A stretch of DNA of 42,662 bases from a virus (taxonomy: Duplodnaviria; Heunggongvirae; Uroviricota; Caudoviricetes), in IMG/VR virus record IMGVR_UViG_3300046011_008537. One strand, given 5' to 3'. A program made the translations under genes and the position numbers. Shown piece after piece: positions 37,501 through 42,662 of this stretch. The notes under the pieces were generated by a model that saw only the letters and a program-made list of their open reading frames with translations, was not told the origin of the DNA and did no database searches. How positions within the stretch are numbered: position 1 is the first letter of the stretch; each line of letters opens with the position of its first letter.

Positions 37501-38775
37501 ATTCATGATAATGCTGCTATTGCAACATATAAATTAGCTGCAAATTCTATATCTGGAATATATTTGGGTAACAATTTAAATGCGTTAGCTAATGGTACTG
37601 GATTAACTTGGTCAACTGGAACAAATTATAATGGTTCAGCTGCTGCAACTTTAGCAATAGATTCTACCGTTGTTGCTTCTAAATCTGGCAAATTAAGTCA
37701 ATTTGCATCAACAACTAGTTCTGAATTCCTTGGAATTATTAGTGACAAACAAGGAACTGGTCCATTAGTTGCAAATAATAGCCCAACATTAACTACTCCT
37801 AATATTGGTGTAGCTACTGGAACATCTTTATCATTATCAGGCGATTTATCAGCTAGAAATTTAACTATTAGCGGAACTACGACAACAATTAATTCAAGTA
37901 CATTATCTATTGATGATAAAAATATTACTCTAGGTGATGCAGCTGGAATTTCAAATTTAACATTTATTTGTACTGCGGGTTCTGCAGTTTTAACTGTTGC
38001 ATCAACTGCTGGAATGATTCCCGGAATGATTCTTACAAAAGATTCTGGCCAAGCTATACCGCCAGCCGGAGCAACAATTGTATCTATTAATTCTGACACA
38101 CAAATTACTATTAGCGGAACGGTTAATACATCTGGTGGAACTCAATTTGTAGGGCATTTTGATGGATATACTGATGCAACTGCTGATCAAGGTGGTATTA
38201 CATTAAAAGGTACAACCGACAAAACTATAATATATTCCACTGCTGCAGTAGGCGGAGCTAGTGCATGGAGATTTTCAGAAAATATTGATTTAATTACTGG
38301 AAAATCGTTTAATATTAATAATACGTTAATTGCTAACTCAACACATTTAGGTGCTTTATCTGGCTCATCGATAACTAATGTAACTGCAAAAGGTTTATCT
38401 GCTAATTCTGATATTTCAACATATAGAGAGAAAGTTACTGATATAACTATTAGTTCAGGCGGAGCTACTAATATAGATGTAAGTGTTGGTAATATTTTTA
38501 ATATAACACTTAGCTCTGGAATTGCAAGTACAGTTACTTTAAATTTAATGTACTATAATGTTGGTAGTGGATATACACGACCAATAACATTAATAATTAA
38601 ACAACCAGCGACAAGCCCAGGAAAGCTTGTTACTGTAAATGGAGCTAAATATACTGATGGGATTGCTCCAATTTTATCAACCGCTGCCAATGCTATGGAT
38701 GTATTAACCTATTGGTCTATAGATAATGGTACAAACTGGTTTGGTACTTTTGCCATGGCTGGCATTATAATTTAA
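34537..38775 (+). CDS. Repeat-rich tail fibre or baseplate appendage protein
   Basis: GTG start; N-terminal TF..W...TN baseplate-attachment-type motif; hexapeptide repeats; duplicated modules; C-terminal MDVLTYWSIDNGTNWFG domain. Confidence 0.75.
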   Translation: MAISQITYSNTFSHWMVVTNQLASVVNTLTSGDFYKNQGTLYLNSPQTGLYVGNSAILGGNVTISGPTGTILEIRNPTNIYNTLSVANLINGSLIRSDTIISSINVFTSTATVNTKLTVANSSVLSGNTRITGDFAVAGNTVISGNTSLSGTTRINDGMTLIGVLNATGSIIANGTIDLSGNLNLTGDSTLTGDITSTGNTAFYGKSAFSGNTVISGDITSTGNTAILGKTVVSGNTSLAGNTALSGNTSLAGNNTLSGSTLLTGSVNLVGNTALSGNNNLSGSTALTGNTILSGNTNLSGEVLSSGNTTISGNVIINGIISLSGTTISSGNTTILGRNILSGNTSLAGNTALSGNTTISGNITVYDTISIINNKGVSANGPIKSDTTVSGSVLVSDILRVNSNVVFDTTNVKIKSSDGLSYNVISSKDLSDANATIYRDLANTNASVVSTNTYVQNWANSTFLKFSGNPLTTALIPTLQVTSFTTKDLVVTGVFTNQGSTITDTNEYIFQANSGLPTSVSSQITVNRGESANTANVNAMIRWNNPSTQWEIRDVNSNTSYYKITTKNELDGANTFLTTLIGNKFTNAATFGSDLTVAGNLVVNGLTTTINTNTLSIDDKNITLGDVASYTSVTFTCSSGSPIIAVTSTAGLIPGMIITKTGGQATPPGGAATIVSVDSTTQITVNVNINTTSGTQFVGDIAGVSDLTANSGGITLKGTIDKTFNWANTTFSAWTSSENIALASGKSIILNGSSSGITTVQPSAIAGGVLTLSANTGTVISTGDTGTVTNAMLNGSITNNKFANSSITIGTTNIALGSSNTTLRGITNLTFANTINSGNTVSLIADNIGGNNIIIFPNQSGTVILSGATGAPITAAMIANNSIANNHIHDSAAIATYKLAANSVTLGTTKLNLGESSNSIQNIVNIKFANTINSGNTVSLIADNIGGNNIIIFPNQSGTVVLSGGGGGSSGASITAAMIANNSIANNHIHDNAAIATYKLAANSISGIYLGNNLNALANGTGLTWSTGTNYNGSAAATLAIDSTVVASKSGKLSQFASTTSSEFLGIISDKQGTGPLVANNSPTLTTPNIGVATGTSLSLSGDLSARNLTISGTTTTINSSTLSIDDKNITLGDAAGISNLTFICTAGSAVLTVASTAGMIPGMILTKDSGQAIPPAGATIVSINSDTQITISGTVNTSGGTQFVGHFDGYTDATADQGGITLKGTTDKTIIYSTAAVGGASAWRFSENIDLITGKSFNINNTLIANSTHLGALSGSSITNVTAKGLSANSDISTYREKVTDITISSGGATNIDVSVGNIFNITLSSGIASTVTLNLMYYNVGSGYTRPITLIIKQPATSPGKLVTVNGAKYTDGIAPILSTAANAMDVLTYWSIDNGTNWFGTFAMAGIII
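34900..35640 (+). repeat. Degenerate 18-bp tandem repeat encoding (S/T)GNT-x-(L/I)
   Basis: Recurrent TCTGGAAATAC-like units; the protein reads SGNTSLAGNTALSGNTSLAGNNTLSG... Confidence 0.9.
37027..37547 (+). repeat. Near-perfect intragenic duplication
   Basis: 37027-37124 is identical to 37318-37415 (98 bp); 37151-37244 matches 37454-37547 (94 bp) with 1 mismatch. Confidence 0.95.
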
Positions 38776-38801
38776 CGTTTCTTTTAATAAGGAGAAAATT
38801 T

Positions 38802-39149
38802 ATGACATTAAGATTAATTGACGAAGTTTATTTGTATACATCTTCTCAACCAGAAGATGCGTTAACAAACAGAGAATTAGTTTCTTGGTTTGACCATTCT
38901 GGTATTCCATATATTCATTTATCATATGGAAATGATAATCACGAAGAGGTTTTAACTGCAGTAAATACTTGGTGGCGACACGATATTGACACTGGAATTT
39001 TACAAGAACCTCTTACGGGATTTCCATTTGTGGTATATACGGAATCGCATTCAGATAAACCAATATCATATTTACCAAGAAAATATATTACAACTAAAGA
39101 AAATATAGTTGAACAATTACCTTCTCTTTATTCATTAGGTAGAGATTAA
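38802..39149 (+). CDS. Hypothetical protein, possibly glutaredoxin/thioredoxin-like fold without cysteines
   Basis: AAGGAG RBS; VYLYT...GIPY...FPFVVY pattern; lies between two fibre genes. Confidence 0.55.
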   Translation: MTLRLIDEVYLYTSSQPEDALTNRELVSWFDHSGIPYIHLSYGNDNHEEVLTAVNTWWRHDIDTGILQEPLTGFPFVVYTESHSDKPISYLPRKYITTKENIVEQLPSLYSLGRD

Positions 39150-39160
39150 AAGGATAAAAA

Positions 39161-41671
39161 ATGCCAATTGGTATCGGAACACAAATTAGAAGAACCATAG
39201 TTAATGCAGGAACAACAACTATAAGCATTGGCTCAGGGAATCAAGCATTTCCATTTGGGGTTAATTCAGTTAAAGTTAATATGAGTGGAAATCCAGGAAC
39301 AGCTGGCATTGCAGGTAAAGGAGGATCAGCAGGATTAGCTGGTCCTGGAAGTTGCGGTGGAGCTGGAGGTCCTGGAGGAGCTGCAGGTAAAGGCGGTAAA
39401 GGAGCTTGCGGTGGTCCTGGAGGTTGCGGTGGAGCTGGAGGTACTGCTGGCATTGCAGGTAAAGGCGGTAAAGGAGCTTGCGGTGGTCCAGGAGGCGCAG
39501 GAAGTGCCGGAGGAACTGGGGGAGCTGGAGGTACTGCAGGAGCATATTTAGGGTTAGGGGTGTTAGGTGGTCCTGGAGGTTGCGGTGGAGCTGCAGGTAA
39601 AGGTGGAGCTGGCGGAACTGCAGGAACTGCAGGAAAAGCCAGTTGCGGTCCAGCTGGACTTGGTGGTCCAGGAGGCGGAGCAGGAGGAGGATCTTCATCT
39701 ATTTCCTGCGGCTCATATTCGCCCACTAAATTTATTTTTACTGGAACTGGTGGAGCAGGAGGAGCATCTTGCTGGCACGCAGGAGCAGCAGGTGGAACTG
39801 GATCTATATATTCTCCTACTCCAGTAGCTATTTTAGGGGGATATGGAGGATTCGCATATGGTGCAACTGGAACTTTATATGGCAGTCCTGGAGAAGTTAC
39901 TACAGGTAGAGGTGGAACATACGGTAAAGCTACTACTGCATGCTCGGTAACTTATTCAAGCGGAAATAGAGGAACTGCTGGGGGAACAACATTAAATTCT
40001 AGTTTTTGCTGTTCTAATTCGTCTTATACGAATATTGCTGGAGCACAAGGCGGGGGCGGAGCTGGCGGAGCAGCATTTCGTTGGAAATCTAATTGTTGGT
40101 ATTCAACTGGTGGAGGAGGCGGAGGTGGAGCTGGATCTCCAGGAGGAGCAGGAGTTGCAGGTTCAGTATGGGGCGCAGGAAAAGGCGGAGCTGGTAGCGC
40201 GGGAGCTGCTGGCTCCCCTGGACAATGCGCTCCAAATACTTTTAAGTACACCTTATGTCCAGTAAATTCAACATATTTTTGCGGAAGTTGCAGGGGTTAT
40301 GCCGGCGGATTTGGAGTAGCTGGAGCTAATGCTGCTTTAGATGGTTCTTGTGCGCCAAACACATGGGCATTAACTTGCCCATCAAATAGCATTCAATTTT
40401 ATGGAAATTGTAGAGGTTATGCTGGAACAAAAGGTACAGAAGGAGGTTGCGGTACTAATGGTATATGCGCTCCAAATTCTTGGCTTGTAACTTGCCCAAC
40501 AAACGGGCTTACTCATTATGGGTGGTATAAAGGTTTTGTTGGTACTGCAGGAGCTCCTGGTATCGATGGTTCTTGCGCTACCAGTTGTGCTCCAAATACG
40601 TGGACTTCTTGTTCTGGAAATTCTGGAAATGCCGGAACTCCAGGAACTGATGGAAATCAATCTTCTATTTTTTGTATAATTGCTAAAGGAGGAACTGCTG
40701 GTACTGCAACTGCTGGAACTCCAGGAACCGCAGGAACTAAAGGCACGAAAGGAGCTAAAGGAGCTAAAGGTTATACTGGTAATGCAGGAGCTTGTGGTAA
40801 TGTAGGGTTTGCAAGTACATATAAAGGCGCAAAAGGGTCTAAAGGATCTAAAGGTACTGATGGCACCTATGGATTCGCCGGATATAAAGGATTAAAAGGA
40901 GTAAAAGGCGCCAAAGGTTACACGGGAAATAATGGATGTACCGGAGGTAAAGGATATAAAGGAACAAAAGGCTCTCCTGGTGGACAAGGTGTAACTGGAT
41001 GTCCAGGTAATGATGGAACAGCTGCTATTGCTGGGGTAGGTACTGCAGGAAATTGGGGAGGAGGCGGAGCTGGAGGCTATGCAGGTTCTATATTCAATTC
41101 CAAATTATATGTACCAACAGTTTTTGGTAGCGATGGAGCAACATATCCAGGAGGCGGAGCTGGAGGTATCGGAAAAGCGTGCGTAGGTCAATCAATGACA
41201 GGTTCTCCAGGAACTGCAGGAACTGTTGGCGTTTCAACTCAAGGAAAAGCTGGAACTGTTGGCGCAACCGGAAAAGATGGTAATGCAGGAACTCCTGGAT
41301 GTATAGGTTTAAGGGGTAACGTAGGACCTGCAGGAAATCAAGGAAAAGATGGAAGTGCTGGAACTCCAGGAACTGCTGGAAATGCCGGAACTCCCGGAAA
41401 AGATGGAACTCCTGGATCAGTTGGAAGCGTAGGTCTTAAAGGTGCATCAGGAACTCCAGGTAATACTGGGGCTGATGGAAATTCAGGAAAAAATGGATGC
41501 ATAGGTCTTAAAGGCGCATCCGGATCTGCAGGATCCCCAGGAAAAGATGGTAGCGCAAATTGCGGGGGGGCTGCAGATACGCTTAGTTGCGTTAGCGCAA
41601 AAATTTCTTCTAGAGTTTCATATCCATATGTTGCTGCGCAAAAAATTACCGTTTCATGGCCAAGACAATAA
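39161..41671 (+). CDS. Glycine-rich, collagen-like (Gly-X-Y), Cys-rich fibre or appendage protein
   Basis: Long Gly-X-Y tracts at both ends, poly-Gly stretches, repeated CAPN(T/S) Cys modules; AAGGA RBS. Confidence 0.75.
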   Translation: MPIGIGTQIRRTIVNAGTTTISIGSGNQAFPFGVNSVKVNMSGNPGTAGIAGKGGSAGLAGPGSCGGAGGPGGAAGKGGKGACGGPGGCGGAGGTAGIAGKGGKGACGGPGGAGSAGGTGGAGGTAGAYLGLGVLGGPGGCGGAAGKGGAGGTAGTAGKASCGPAGLGGPGGGAGGGSSSISCGSYSPTKFIFTGTGGAGGASCWHAGAAGGTGSIYSPTPVAILGGYGGFAYGATGTLYGSPGEVTTGRGGTYGKATTACSVTYSSGNRGTAGGTTLNSSFCCSNSSYTNIAGAQGGGGAGGAAFRWKSNCWYSTGGGGGGGAGSPGGAGVAGSVWGAGKGGAGSAGAAGSPGQCAPNTFKYTLCPVNSTYFCGSCRGYAGGFGVAGANAALDGSCAPNTWALTCPSNSIQFYGNCRGYAGTKGTEGGCGTNGICAPNSWLVTCPTNGLTHYGWYKGFVGTAGAPGIDGSCATSCAPNTWTSCSGNSGNAGTPGTDGNQSSIFCIIAKGGTAGTATAGTPGTAGTKGTKGAKGAKGYTGNAGACGNVGFASTYKGAKGSKGSKGTDGTYGFAGYKGLKGVKGAKGYTGNNGCTGGKGYKGTKGSPGGQGVTGCPGNDGTAAIAGVGTAGNWGGGGAGGYAGSIFNSKLYVPTVFGSDGATYPGGGAGGIGKACVGQSMTGSPGTAGTVGVSTQGKAGTVGATGKDGNAGTPGCIGLRGNVGPAGNQGKDGSAGTPGTAGNAGTPGKDGTPGSVGSVGLKGASGTPGNTGADGNSGKNGCIGLKGASGSAGSPGKDGSANCGGAADTLSCVSAKISSRVSYPYVAAQKITVSWPRQ

Positions 41672-41695
41672 TTAAATTACAAAGGAATTAAATAG

Positions 41696-41968
41696 ATGAA
41701 AAAATATGAATATACATATAAAATAAAAGATATTAATATAGCCGAAAATGCTCTTCTTGTTGAATATATGGCTACAGATGAATCTTTAACATCATATACT
41801 CTTCATATTCCTTCCTATATACTGAATGAAGATGAAACGAGAAAAACTATTGACGAAGTTATTAAATTTTGCGCTCCTCATGGTAGATGGGAATCTCAAG
41901 AAATTTTAGTTGAACAATATAATGATATTTTACATAAAACTGAACTGGTGCCTATACAAAATGCTTGA
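41696..41968 (+). CDS. Hypothetical fibre-associated small protein
   Basis: 90-aa ORF with AAGGA upstream, between the collagen-like gene and the oxygenase. Confidence 0.6.
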   Translation: MKKYEYTYKIKDINIAENALLVEYMATDESLTSYTLHIPSYILNEDETRKTIDEVIKFCAPHGRWESQEILVEQYNDILHKTELVPIQNA

Positions 41969-42563
41969 AATACAAAATAATGGTATTGCTATATTTGACA
42001 ATGCCTTTAGTGACGAATATTGCGATCAAGTTATAAATTTTTTTGAATGGTCGCAAAAAAATAATAGAACATGGAATAGATTACAATCAGAAAATGCTCA
42101 AGAAATATATAAAAATGATATATCAGCTTCGCTGCATGCATCAATAAATGAAAGATATTTTTCATCAGATAACACCAATTTAGTTGCTGAATTTAATGAT
42201 ACGTTTTTTGATGTTTGGTATGCAGAATATTTAAAATATTTTTCGACATTAAATACTGCAGAAAAGCATGGTATTTTTGCACACAAAATACAAAAAACTT
42301 CTCCTGGAGGAGGATATCATTTATGGCATTTCGAAGCCGGAGGATTAATTACTTCCAGAAGATTAGGTGCATATATTTTATATTTAAACGACATTGATGT
42401 TGGGGGAGAAACTGAATTTCTATATCTTCGTCAACGAATAGAACCGAAAAAAGGAAGATTGGTAATTTTTCCTTCTGGATACGTATTTACACATAGAGGA
42501 AACCCTCCGTTAACTAGCGATAAATATATAATGACGGGTTGGTTGGAGTATATGGGAGGATGA
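41961..42563 (+). CDS. 2OG-Fe(II) oxygenase (prolyl-hydroxylase-like)
   Basis: KIQKT.PGGGYH.WHFE, YILYLND...GGET.F, G..VIFP, H(THRG)...KYIMTGW; start taken as ATG 41961. Confidence 0.9.
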   Translation: MLEIQNNGIAIFDNAFSDEYCDQVINFFEWSQKNNRTWNRLQSENAQEIYKNDISASLHASINERYFSSDNTNLVAEFNDTFFDVWYAEYLKYFSTLNTAEKHGIFAHKIQKTSPGGGYHLWHFEAGGLITSRRLGAYILYLNDIDVGGETEFLYLRQRIEPKKGRLVIFPSGYVFTHRGNPPLTSDKYIMTGWLEYMGG

Positions 42564-42662
42564 GCAAATATTTATTTCACCCTATTGTAACAAAAAATCA
42601 AGATATTGGAGATTATGTTTTCTGGCAACAAGGGTTTAGCGATAAGGATATTAATGCTATTA
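42560..42662 (+). CDS. Second probable 2OG-Fe(II) oxygenase, 5' part only (truncated by the window edge)
   Basis: ATGA overlap with the previous stop, GGAGG RBS; MSKYLFHPIVTKNQDIGDYVFWQQGFSDKDINA resembles PKHD-type hydroxylase N-termini. Confidence 0.5.
   Translation, partial: MSKYLFHPIVTKNQDIGDYVFWQQGFSDKDINAI

Noticed and set aside
39241-40660. Pro-rich and Leu/Gln/Glu-rich alternative-frame ORFs
   Set aside because: These are shadows of Gly/Ala codon repeats (GGA/GCT) in the fibre gene, with no RBS or independent features.

Overview
A 42.7 kb, AT-rich, genetic-code-11 segment of a T4-like myovirus with the gene order typical of aquatic T4 relatives rather than T4 itself. Left arm (1-8750): an ORF-free, highly structured ~480-nt region; two free-standing antisense GIY-YIG/NUMOD3 homing endonucleases that share a late promoter and a covarying leader hairpin; phoH; an exonuclease; two His-rich proteins with T4 internal-protein-like N-termini (an ADP-ribosyltransferase and an atypical kinase); a SleB-type hydrolase; and gp33/gp59/gp32. 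Middle (8753-14490, minus strand): gp4, gp2, a tail-tube-like protein, gp26, a small gp51-like ORF missing from the ORF track, and a gp29/tape-measure-like protein with a GH73 domain. Right (14555-end, plus strand): baseplate genes (48, 53, 27-like, 5, 25, 6, 7-like, 8), a DUF4815/VrlC-like protein split into two genes, a repeat-rich fibre, a Gly/Cys-rich collagen-like fibre and two 2OG-Fe(II) oxygenases. Strongest leads: (i) a candidate -1 frameshift (U UUU UUU) fusing gp26 to the gp51-like ORF directly upstream of the tape measure gene, the lambda G/GT arrangement; (ii) the unidentified structured RNA; (iii) the putative capsid-packaged ART + kinase pair; (iv) the endonuclease leader hairpin; (v) a collagen-like fibre with Y-position Pro/Lys next to candidate hydroxylases. 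All family calls come from motif recognition by eye; no searches or folding were run.
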